NCBI GenBank assembly: GCA_964452145.1
Contig: CAYVLA010000013.1
Location: 2,942 to 27,722, forward strand
Source: Candidatus Hadarchaeota archaeon
Lineage (GTDB): Archaea > CAYQAE01 > CAYVLA01
Length of the DNA: 24,781 bases
Direction: 5' to 3'
The translations under genes and the position numbers were made by a program. Below are positions 16,038 to 24,781 of the stretch, one piece after another (position 1 is the first letter of the stretch; each line of letters starts with the position of its first letter). The notes beneath the pieces were generated by a model. That model saw nothing but the letters and a program-made list of their open reading frames with translations. It was not told where the DNA came from and ran no database searches.

Positions 16038-19000
16038 TCAGGGAGAGTGCCCGGCCACCGGTTTGTGGTAGTCGGACAGGGAGCTGATGGTTATCTGGCC
16101 CTTCCTCATATGCTCGATGGCCTCCACGGATGCCAAGGCCCCGGCCATGGTCGTGATGTAGGGGGTCACCGTGTCGACGCTGGCCCGCCTGATCTTGTAG
16201 CCGTCTTTTGAGGCATTTCCCCCCTTGGTTGGCGTGTTGATTATGAGATCCACCTCCCTCCTCCAGATCATCTCCAGGATCTCGGTGCTGCCCTCGCTGA
16301 TCTTGCGCACGATGCTGATGGGCACGTCCGGGTGCTTGGCTAGGATGGCTGCCGCCGTTCCATCGGTGGCGAGGAGCTGGAAGCCCATCTCGTGGAACCT
16401 CTTGGCGATGTCGGGGATGTGCGGCAGGTCGTCCTTGCGAACCGATATCAGGACCTTCCCCGATGTCGGAAGCGGGGTCCCGGCCGCCACCTGAGACTTG
16501 AAATATGCCCGCCCAACGTCGTAATCGATGCCCATCACCTCTCCGGTGGACCTCATCTCCGGCCCGAGCTTGGGATCCACACCCGGCAGCTTGATGAAGG
16601 GGAACACAGCCTCCTTCACGGCGACGTGCTTGACCTGCCTCTCCTCGGTCAGCTCCAGCTCCCTGAGGGTATGGCCCAGCATGACCTTGGTTGCCACCTT
16701 TGCCAGTGGGACGCCTATGGTCTTGGAAACGTAGGGAATGGTCCTTGAGGCTCGGGGGTTGGCCTCCAACACGTAGACCACGTTCTGTCTCACCGCGTAC
16801 TGGATGTTCACAAGCCCGACGACCCTCAGCTCCAGCGCCAAGGCTCTGGTGTATTTGTCCACCGTTGCCAACACCTCGGGACTCAGGGATTGGGTCGGTA
16901 TGACGCAGGCAGAGTCCCCTGAGTGAACCCCTGCCTGCTCGATGTGCTCCATGATGGCCCCTATGTAGACGTCCCTGCCATCCGCCACGGCATCGACATC
17001 CAGCTCGATGGCGTTATCCAGGAACCGATCCACCAGGATAGGGTGTTCGGGTGAGACCGAGACGGCCTCCTCGACGTACTGCCTCAACTCCTCCTCGTCG
17101 TGCACTATCTCCATTGCCCGCCCCCCGAGGACGAAGCTGGGCCTGACCAGTACCGGGAAGCCTATCCTTCTTGCGATGCGCAGGGCTCCCTTGCGGTCCA
17201 TGGCTGTGCCGTACTGGGCCTGCGGGATCTTCAGTTTTCTGAGGATGCGGGTGAACTTCCTCCTGTCCTCGGCTTTGTCGATGCTGTCCGGCGGCGTGCC
17301 CAAGATCTTCACCCCGGCGCTGGCAAGCCGACTGGCGAGATTGATTGGGGTCTGGCCGCCGAACTGGACTATCACTCCCCAGGGCTTCTCCAGGTCTATG
17401 ACGTTCATCACATCCTCGAAGGTCAGGGGCTCGAAGTAGAGCTTGTCCGAGATGTCGAAGTCGGTCGACACAGTCTCCGGGTTGTTGTTTATGACGATGG
17501 ACTCGTAGCCCTCCTCTCTGAGGGTCATCACTGAATGCACGGTGCAGTAGTCGAACTCTATGCCCTGACCGATCCTTATCGGTCCCCCCCCGATGATCAC
17601 CACCCTCCTTCTCTCCTGCCCGGAAGCCAGCGTCGTCGGATCGTGCCGGGGCTCGTAGGTGGAGTAGTAGTAGGGCGTCTTGGCCCTGAACTCAGCCGCA
17701 CACGTGTCGACCATCTTGTATGAGGGCAGGATCGACTTCTTCTTCCTCAAGTTCCTTATATCATCCTCCTTGAAGCCCAATGCGTGGCCGATCTGGAGAT
17801 CGGAGAAGCCGGCCCTCTTGGCCTCTAGAAGGAGCCGCCTCGGGATCGATGAGCTCCCCGCGCGGTGAAGAAGTGCCCTCTCGATCCTCAGGAGGTTGAG
17901 GAACTTGTACAGGAACCATTTGTCGATTCTCGTGAGCTCGTAGATTCGGTCCACGGAGATCCCACGGCGCAGGGCCTCGTGGATGTAGAAGATCCTCTGA
18001 TCGGTGGGTTTGGAGAGCTGGGTGAGAAGCTCCTCGTCGCTTGCCTTGATGTAGCGTTTCTGCTTGGAGTCGCAGCCGAATCCCATCCTGCCTATGTCCA
18101 GGCTCCTTATGGCCTTCTGGATCGCCTCCTCGAAGGTCCTGCCCAGGCCCATGACCTCGCCGGTTCCCTTCATCTGGGTGCCTATCTGGGGCTCAGCCGT
18201 TCGGAACTTGTCGAAAGGCCAGCGGGGTATCTTGGCCGCGATGTAGTCCAAGGTAGGCTCAAAGCTAGCCGGTGTCTCGCGCGTCACCCGATTTGGGATC
18301 TCGTCAAGTGTCATGCCCACGGCTATCTTGGCCGCGATCCTGGCGATCGGGTACCCGGTCGCCTTGGAGGCTAGGGCCGATGACCTCGAAACTCTGGGGT
18401 TGACCTCTATCACGAAGTACTCGCCGGTGTCCTTGGACATGGCGAACTGTATGTTGCACCCTCCCTGGACCTTCAGCGCTCGGATTATCTTTATGGATGC
18501 TGAGCGAAGCTTCTGGTGGTCGGGGTCGCTCAGGGTCTGGACTGGGGCCAGCACGATGCTGTCTCCGGTGTGAACGCCCATAGGGTCGAGGTTCTCCATG
18601 GAGCAGACGATGTTGCAGTTGTCGGCAGCGTCGCGCATGACCTCATATTCTATCTCCTGCCAGCCGGCCACGGATCTCTCCACAAGGACCTGGTTCACGA
18701 TGCTCGCCCGCAGGCCTCGTTCCACTGCCTTGCGCAGGTCGGTCTCGTTGTAGGCCATCCCCCCTCCGGTCCCCCCAAGGGTGTAGGCCGGGCGCACTAT
18801 CAGGGGATACCCTATGTCCTGCGCGGTGAAGAGTGCCTCCTCGACCGTGCTTACTGCGCGGCTTGGCGGAATGGCCTCATCGATGCTCAGCATGAGCGCC
18901 CTGAACTTGTCCCTGTCCTCCGCCATCTGAATCGTCTCCAGCGGAGTCCCGAGAAGCTCGACGCCGTGCTGGTCAAGGACCCCGAGCATGCCCAGCTGGG

Positions 19001-19316
19001 CTGCGAGGTTGAGGCCGGTCTGGCCACCCATCGTGGGAAGGAGGCCATCGGGCTTCTCCTTCTCAATTATCCTGGACAGGGTATCCGGGACAAGCGGCTC
19101 CATATAGACTACGTCGGCCATGTCCGTATCGGTCATGATGGTGGCAGGATTTGAGTTCACCAAGATGACCTCGTATCCCTCCTCACGTAGAGACCAGCAG
19201 GCCTGTGATCCGGAATAGTCGATTCCGCGGGCGTTGCCCTATTCGGCGGCTTGTCCGATCACTATCGGCCCTGACCCTATGACCATTATCCTGTGTATGT
19301 CCTCTCGCTTGGGCAC
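16038..19316 (-). CDS. carB: Carbamoyl-phosphate synthase large subunit, split into exon 1 (19316-19241) and exon 2 (19222-16038); 1086 aa if spliced
   Basis: AGGAGGT SD plus GTG at 19316 gives [25 protein letters not shown]; after the 18-nt insert, FDYSGSQAC...VNSNPATIMTD; two ATP-grasp repeats and an MGS domain intact. Confidence 0.95.
19223..19240 (-). other. 18-nt bulge-helix-bulge intron candidate in carB mRNA
   Basis: AGGGCAACGCCCGCGGAA; removal restores GAA TTC GAC (E-F-D); BHB geometry matches the required boundaries. Confidence 0.85.
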
Positions 19317-19509
19317 GAGACCTACCTCCTATCTTGCGGCTTCGCTGGGCTGCTCGGCCTCGGGACCTCGCTCAGGAGGCCGGGATAAAAATATGGCCCC
19401 GTGATCGGCGATGTGACGGCCCGAGCCCGTCCGGGGAGGGCTGAGGGCAACTGACAGGGCAGGGGTTGAACGATGCTTTTTATTCCGATTCAGATGCCTG
19501 AGACCGCGG

Positions 19510-19716
19510 GTGAGCCGAACGGAGATCACTGCGAAGTGCCCCTACTGCGGCGAACTGAACACCTATGAGGTTCAGCCCAATCAACCCGTAGTCGTGACCT
19601 GCTCCTGCAATAGGGGAAGCTTCTATGTGAAGAAGGTGGACCGCATAGAGGTCATCAAGAACAGTCTCTGGACTTGGAAGGAGCCCGCGGGACGAACCGG
19701 AAGGGACATATCATAG
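19510..19716 (+). CDS. Small zinc-ribbon (CPxCG) protein
   Basis: CPYCG...CSC; CTTTTTATT TATA ~25 nt upstream. Confidence 0.8.
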   Translation: MSRTEITAKCPYCGELNTYEVQPNQPVVVTCSCNRGSFYVKKVDRIEVIKNSLWTWKEPAGRTGRDIS

Positions 19717-19758
19717 TTATAACCATGTCTCCCTAGGCAGACGGCGGACAGTCAGACC

Positions 19759-20469
19759 GTGCTACGGATGCGTGCGTGGCCAAGGGAGATATTCTTCCTC
19801 GCCCTAGTCTTCTCAGCATACTTCGGAGTGAGCTTCGCGGCCTCTGACAGGGCCGCCTTGGCCATGGATCACTGTCGCGACTTGATCGCCCTGGAGAGAA
19901 GCCTGGGCATCTTCGTCGAGCTCGGCATTCAACAGGCGGTTTTGGGCACACCGGTGGCGGCCCTTCTGGATCCCTTCTATACCTACATCCACTCAGCCAT
20001 CACCATCTGCCTGCTCGCTGGAATGTTCCTGTCCGGGCATGAGAGGTACGCATATGTCAGGAACGTCTTCGTCGTGTTCTCCCTCATCTCGTTCCTGATA
20101 TACTTCGTCTACCCCTCCGCCCCTCCGAGGATGATGGAGGAGTACGGCTTCGTGGATACCGCGGACCAAGGCCCCTCAAGCTCCCAGACCGATCTCCTGC
20201 GGCAGGTGATGAATCCCTATGCGGCCATGCCAAGCGTACACTTCGGGTATTCGATCATCGTGGCCGGATCGGCGATCGCCCTGTTCAAGCGGGACCTTCT
20301 CACGGTTCCGGGGGTTGTCTACCCGGCCCTGATGATATTCGTGCTGACGGCCTCGGCCAACCATCTCCTCATCGACTGCATTGCGTCGGTTCCCGTCCTG
20401 CTAGCATCCTTCCTCTTGGTGGACAGGTTCGATCTTGCCGGGAGGTTGGCGAGATATTTAAGGTTTTGA
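19759..20469 (+). CDS. PAP2-superfamily membrane protein (AUR1/IPC-synthase-like, PAP2_3)
   Basis: YPSAPPRM, NPYAAMPSVHFG and ANHLLID motifs; multiple TM segments. Confidence 0.88.
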   Translation: MLRMRAWPREIFFLALVFSAYFGVSFAASDRAALAMDHCRDLIALERSLGIFVELGIQQAVLGTPVAALLDPFYTYIHSAITICLLAGMFLSGHERYAYVRNVFVVFSLISFLIYFVYPSAPPRMMEEYGFVDTADQGPSSSQTDLLRQVMNPYAAMPSVHFGYSIIVAGSAIALFKRDLLTVPGVVYPALMIFVLTASANHLLIDCIASVPVLLASFLLVDRFDLAGRLARYLRF

Positions 20470-20505
20470 GGCCGAGGGGCGAACGAACACACCCGGGATG
20501 GTGGC

Positions 20506-21672
20506 TTGTCTTTTCACATAGCGGGCGAGTCGGAGATCAGGGGCGGCCAGACTACTGACGTGTACTTCCGGAGGACCATGGAGATTCTGAGGAACAAGGG
20601 CTGGGATGCTAGGGTGATCGCCGAGGTTTCGGCCTCCTCCTTGCCTGCCGGGTGGAGATGGGCGGTTCTGTGTGGCTTGGAGGAGGTGGCCAGCCTACTG
20701 AAGGATAGGGACCTGAACGTGCTGGCCATGCGCGAGGGCACGATCTTCCACCCCATGGAGCCGGTTATCCGCGTGGAGGGAATGTACTCAGATTTCTGCG
20801 AGCTGGAGACTCCCCTACTCGGTTTGACCTGCCAAGCCTCCGGCATTGCGACGGCGGCCGCCAGATGCAAGATCGCTGCCGGGTTCAAGCCTGTCTACAG
20901 CTTCGGCATAAGGAGGATGCATCCTGCTGTGGCCCCGATGATCGATAGGGCTGCTTATCTTGGGGGCTGCGACGGTTTTTCGGGGCTCGGCGGGGAGAGG
21001 TTGACGGGGGTTCCGGCAGTCGGCACAATACCGCACGCGTTGATGATACTCCGCGGGGATCGCAAGGAGGCTTGGAGGGCCTTTGATGAGGTCGTGGACA
21101 AGGGCGTGCCCAGGATAATGCTCGTCGATACCTTTTCGGATGAAGTAGTCGAGTCTCTATCGGCCGCCCAGGCCCTGGGTGAAGCGCTGGAGGCCGTTCG
21201 GCTCGATACTCCCTCCAGCCGTCGCGGAGACATGAGGCGCATCGTTCAAGAGGTGCGATGGAAGCTTGACGTGGAGGGACACTCCAAAGTGAGGATATTC
21301 GTATCGGGGGGTTTGGACGAGAAGCAGCTGGCCCATCTCTCTGATGTGGCCGATGCGTTCGGCGTCGGGACTTTCATCAGCTCGGGGAGGACCGTCGATT
21401 TCGCTCTGGATCTTGTTGAGGTGAATGGCAGGCGAACCTCCAAACGCGGGAAGTTCTCGGGTGCCAAGAACGTATTCGAATGTCCCGTCTGCTTTGGGAG
21501 GCGCCTCACGCTCCAAACCGGTCCCTTCAGATGCGACTGCGGCGGGAAGATGGCTAGCCTGCTTGAGCCGTTCATCGTCGACGGAAAGGTCGCCGACCTA
21601 CCCAAGGCCCAGCAGATCAGGGAACGCGTGCTGAAGAGCCTGCGGGAAAGGAGGCTCACTCTCGAACCATAG
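20506..21672 (+). CDS. pncB: Nicotinate phosphoribosyltransferase (archaeal type)
   Basis: TTDVYF, SFGIRRMHP, GTIPHAL, LVDTF, VRLDTPSSRRG, SGGL, KRGKFSG. Confidence 0.93.
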   Translation: MSFHIAGESEIRGGQTTDVYFRRTMEILRNKGWDARVIAEVSASSLPAGWRWAVLCGLEEVASLLKDRDLNVLAMREGTIFHPMEPVIRVEGMYSDFCELETPLLGLTCQASGIATAAARCKIAAGFKPVYSFGIRRMHPAVAPMIDRAAYLGGCDGFSGLGGERLTGVPAVGTIPHALMILRGDRKEAWRAFDEVVDKGVPRIMLVDTFSDEVVESLSAAQALGEALEAVRLDTPSSRRGDMRRIVQEVRWKLDVEGHSKVRIFVSGGLDEKQLAHLSDVADAFGVGTFISSGRTVDFALDLVEVNGRRTSKRGKFSGAKNVFECPVCFGRRLTLQTGPFRCDCGGKMASLLEPFIVDGKVADLPKAQQIRERVLKSLRERRLTLEP

Positions 21673-21683
21673 GAGCGGATGAA

Positions 21684-22994
21684 ATGGATGCGACCATAGT
21701 GGATGTGAAGGCAAGGGAGATCCTGGATTCCAGGGGCAATCCCACCGTGGAGGTTGACGTGCTTACCGAGAAGGGCTTTGGCAGGGCCGGGGTGCCCTCG
21801 GGCGCCAGCACCGGCGAGTATGAGGCCCTCGAGCTCAGGGACGGGGATGCTAGACGGTACAATGGAAAGGGGGTTCTCAAGGCCGTGGCCTCGGTCAACA
21901 AGGTCATACGGCCTGCGATCATCGGCCGCGATTCCTGCGACCAGTCCGGCTTGGACGCCGAGCTGCTGAGGCTTGATTCAACCGAGAACAAGTCTAGACT
22001 TGGGGCCAATGCGATTCTGGGCGTGTCCCTGGCCTGCTGCCGCGCTGCAGCCGACTCCATCCGTGCCCCCCTTTACGATCACGTAGGGCAGATCGCATTC
22101 GGCAGGCCCTCGTCCAGGCACCTACTCCCCGTTCCCATGTGCAATGTCGTGAACGCTGGCAAGCATGGCGGCGGCAAGCTTGAGCTTCAGGAGTTCATGA
22201 TACAGCCCATCGGGGCCAAGACATTCGGCGAGGGCCTGAGGTGGGTAGCCGAGGTCTACCATCACCTCAGATCGGTCCTTGTTTCGAAGTATGGAGTTTC
22301 GATGAGAAACGTGGGGGACGAGGGCGGCTTCTCGGGGCCCATAGACCGAGTCAGGGATGTCTTGGACTCTCTTGTCACCGCCACCCAGAATGCCGGGTAT
22401 CTTGTTGGGAAGGATGTGTCGATCGCCTTGGACCCAGCGGCAAGCGAGTTCTTCTCCGACGGCAGCTACACGGTGGAGGGCAAACCCAGAAGCGCGGGCG
22501 AGCTCATAGATTTCTACGTCGACCTTGTCGACACCTATCCGATCCTGTCGATCGAGGACCCAATGTCCGAGGACGACTGGGAGGGATTCGTGGAGATAAC
22601 TAGGCGGCTCGCCCGCAAGGTTCAGATCGTGGGCGACGACCTCTTCGTGACCAACTGCAGCAGGCTTCAGACCGGGATCGAGATGGGTGCGTGCAACGCC
22701 CTCCTCCTGAAGGTCAACCAGATCGGCACCCTGACCCAAGCAATCGACGCGGCCGCGATGTGCATGAAGAGCGACTACGGCGTGGTCATCAGCCACAGGA
22801 GCGGGGAGACGGAGGATACAACCATCGCGGACCTCGCGGTAGGCCTCAATGCGGGGCAGATCAAGACCGGCGCCCCATGCAGGTCGGAGCGAAATGCCAA
22901 GTACAACCAACTCCTGCGCATTGAGGAGGCCTTGGGCGGAAGGTCTGCCTACCCCGGTGCAGAATTCCGCACTGCGTACAAGGAGTTCAGCTGA
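21684..22994 (+). CDS. eno: Enolase
   Basis: REILDSRGNPTVEV, VPSGASTG, GDEGG, IVGDDLFVTN, LLKVNQIGT, SHRSGETED, KYNQLLRIEE. Confidence 0.98.
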   Translation: MDATIVDVKAREILDSRGNPTVEVDVLTEKGFGRAGVPSGASTGEYEALELRDGDARRYNGKGVLKAVASVNKVIRPAIIGRDSCDQSGLDAELLRLDSTENKSRLGANAILGVSLACCRAAADSIRAPLYDHVGQIAFGRPSSRHLLPVPMCNVVNAGKHGGGKLELQEFMIQPIGAKTFGEGLRWVAEVYHHLRSVLVSKYGVSMRNVGDEGGFSGPIDRVRDVLDSLVTATQNAGYLVGKDVSIALDPAASEFFSDGSYTVEGKPRSAGELIDFYVDLVDTYPILSIEDPMSEDDWEGFVEITRRLARKVQIVGDDLFVTNCSRLQTGIEMGACNALLLKVNQIGTLTQAIDAAAMCMKSDYGVVISHRSGETEDTTIADLAVGLNAGQIKTGAPCRSERNAKYNQLLRIEEALGGRSAYPGAEFRTAYKEFS

Positions 22995-23715
22995 CTCGGC
23001 GCGACTCCTTGGGATACGTCAGGGACGAGCACAGGATTCCTACCTCGTACAAGGCATACATTGGAATGGACACGATGATCTGGCTCACCATGGTGGGGTC
23101 GGGCGTGATGACGGCGGCGATGATCAGGATTCCGATCACCGCGATCGGCCTGTTCTTCCTGAAGAACTCGGGCGAGACCACCCCCAGGCTTGAAAGGATC
23201 GTCGCGATGAGGGGATACTCGAAGACCGAGCCGTACACCAGAAGCATCAGGAAGATGAAGGAGACGGTCTGGTCCACCGACCACATGTTCACGATGAGTT
23301 CTTCGCTGAGGATGTTCTGCAGGAACTGCATGGTGAAGGGCACCATGACGTAGTAACCGAAGCCGACTCCCAGAATGAAGAGAAGGACCGCCGGGGCCAC
23401 GAGTTTCGCCACCAACCTTCGCTCCTTTGCCTTGAGCGCAGGCACCACGAAGGCCAGGAACTCGTAGGCCATTACGGGGGATGCGATGACGACGGCGACC
23501 ACCAAGGATATCTTCATCCGGGCAAGGGCTGCGGCGAGCGGGGTGAGCGCGGTCAGCTTCATGCCCTGAAGCATCTCGACCTCGATGGTTCGAAGGATGC
23601 TTTCGGCTAGGTAGAACCAGCCAATGGCGAACCCAACTCCGACCGCAGCTATGCATACGAATAGCCTTCGGCGAAGCTCCTCCAGGTGTTCGAAAAGGGA
23701 CATCTCCTTGCCCAA
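22987..23715 (-). CDS. tatC: Twin-arginine translocase subunit TatC
   Basis: MSLFEHLEELRRRL, FVVPAL...E, FEYP, AAVITPDP, LYEVG. Confidence 0.96.
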   Translation of the reverse strand: MGKEMSLFEHLEELRRRLFVCIAAVGVGFAIGWFYLAESILRTIEVEMLQGMKLTALTPLAAALARMKISLVVAVVIASPVMAYEFLAFVVPALKAKERRLVAKLVAPAVLLFILGVGFGYYVMVPFTMQFLQNILSEELIVNMWSVDQTVSFIFLMLLVYGSVFEYPLIATILSSLGVVSPEFFRKNRPIAVIGILIIAAVITPDPTMVSQIIVSIPMYALYEVGILCSSLTYPKESRRVS

Positions 23716-23814
23716 GGTTGTTCCGCTGAGTCATCGTTTCCCTGGCCCTTAAATCTCACACGATCAGTGGGCCGCGGACACGGGCCGAATTGATGCCGAT
23801 CCGACAGCTGGACA

Positions 23815-24210
23815 TCAGCCGGCCTTGGCTTCCGACAGGCCGTAGGGGTCGCCTTTATCGGAGTACATTCTGGATGCGATTTCGGCCTTGAGCTGCTCGT
23901 CCGTTTTGCCCTCCACTTCCAAGCCAAGGCTTCTGGCTGCCTCTCTGATCTGCTCGGAGCTGAGAGGCTTTGGCTCCGATTCAGCCGGCTGCTGGGGTTG
24001 GCTGACCTGATCCTTGACATCGGGCTCAACCGGCCCCTGCCGTGATCGTTCGACGTCCTTGGTCAGTTCCCTGACGAACCCATCACTGGTCCTCCTCAGC
24101 TCGTTTAGGGCCGAACCCACCGTCCGGGCGATCTCGGGAATCCTCTTGGGACCGAAGAGGAGCAAGGCGATCAGTATCACGAGGATTTCCAGGGTTCCTA
24201 CCGGAGGCAA
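23815..24210 (-). CDS. tatA: Twin-arginine translocase subunit TatA/E with extended C-terminus
   Basis: GTLEILVILIALLLFGPKRIPEIARTVG; start placed at TTG 24210. Confidence 0.92.
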   Translation of the reverse strand: MPPVGTLEILVILIALLLFGPKRIPEIARTVGSALNELRRTSDGFVRELTKDVERSRQGPVEPDVKDQVSQPQQPAESEPKPLSSEQIREAARSLGLEVEGKTDEQLKAEIASRMYSDKGDPYGLSEAKAG

Positions 24211-24268
24211 TCGGATACCTTTTAGTGATTGGAGACAGCAGATGAAATATCTTTGGAGATCTGGGCCG

Positions 24269-24706
24269 TCATCCCCGGCGCGGCGCCCACCCAGCATCGT
24301 AGAAGTATGGCACGACTAGGCAGAGCGCCATGACGGCTCCAGTTGCCAGGATTCCGAGCTCCATGCTCTGCAGGTATCCGAAGAGGTCCAACTGGGAGAC
24401 CCCTTGAACGATCCAGGCGTTTTGGCCGTAGGCTTGGATGTTGCCCGAGCCCACCTTTGATCTGAAGAAGCGCATGCTCCGAGGATCCTGCACCAGAAGC
24501 GTCGCCACATAGTCGCCCCTCAGGCTCCTGTCGGCCAAAAGAAAGGATCCCGGTCTGTCTCCAAAGGCGCTGGTGTAGTACGCCGACATTATTAGGTAGC
24601 CTCCCCTGAGAACGCCGCTGGTCGCGCCTATCTGGTAAAGACAGAGGAAGGATGTCAAGAGGAATAGGAAGATGAAGATGCCCGCCATGGTTGCCTTCAT
24701 GATCAC
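24269..24706 (-). CDS. Hypothetical membrane protein (145 aa)
   Basis: N- and C-terminal hydrophobic segments; GGGTG SD-like sequence; same strand as the tat genes. Confidence 0.65.
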   Translation of the reverse strand: MIMKATMAGIFIFLFLLTSFLCLYQIGATSGVLRGGYLIMSAYYTSAFGDRPGSFLLADRSLRGDYVATLLVQDPRSMRFFRSKVGSGNIQAYGQNAWIVQGVSQLDLFGYLQSMELGILATGAVMALCLVVPYFYDAGWAPRRG

Positions 24707-24781
24707 CCACCCCTGCGGGGCCCCTCTGAAAAATGTTAATCGGCGGCGCCGGGCGGTAGGGATCGCCCCATCACCAGATAG

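Noticed and set aside
16038..19163. carB starting at TTG 19163 as in the ORF track
   Set aside because: It would omit the conserved first ~45 residues, which are present upstream with a strong SD.
19239..19241. carB UAG as pyrrolysine/readthrough codon, or carB as a pseudogene
   Set aside because: Readthrough would leave a 6-residue insertion and lose Phe in an invariant motif; the remaining ~1060 codons show no decay; the BHB boundaries restore the exact consensus.
1..24781. CRISPR array, IS element, and the many antisense/overlapping ORFs in the track
   Set aside because: No regularly spaced repeats, transposase or terminal inverted repeats seen; shadow ORFs are expected at this GC content and overlap well-supported genes.

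Overview
Archaeal chromosome window (BRE/TATA promoters, leaderless genes, archaeal-type GluRS and pncB); the lineage cannot be determined from the sequence alone. Positions ~1-10050 are a composite integrated mobile region abutting the 3' end of a tRNA-Leu(UAA) gene (10051-10138, - strand). It carries two unrelated tyrosine recombinases, an RHH protein, wHTH regulators, a free-standing LAGLIDADG endonuclease, an orphan HEPN protein, a PD-(D/E)xK nuclease and dif-like 28-bp sites. One recombinase has a classical C2H2 zinc finger inserted in its catalytic domain. Positions ~10140-24781 are core genome: radical SAM protein, AbrB-PhoU regulator, CYTH protein, gltX, carB, PAP2-family protein, pncB, eno, tatC and tatA. 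The most striking observation is that carB is interrupted, inside its conserved [10 protein letters not shown] motif, by an 18-nt insertion (19223-19240) that creates an in-frame UAG. The insertion folds into a relaxed bulge-helix-bulge, and cutting at the canonical BHB positions restores exactly E-F-D-Y. This is a candidate minimal mRNA intron removed by the tRNA splicing endonuclease, in a metabolic gene.
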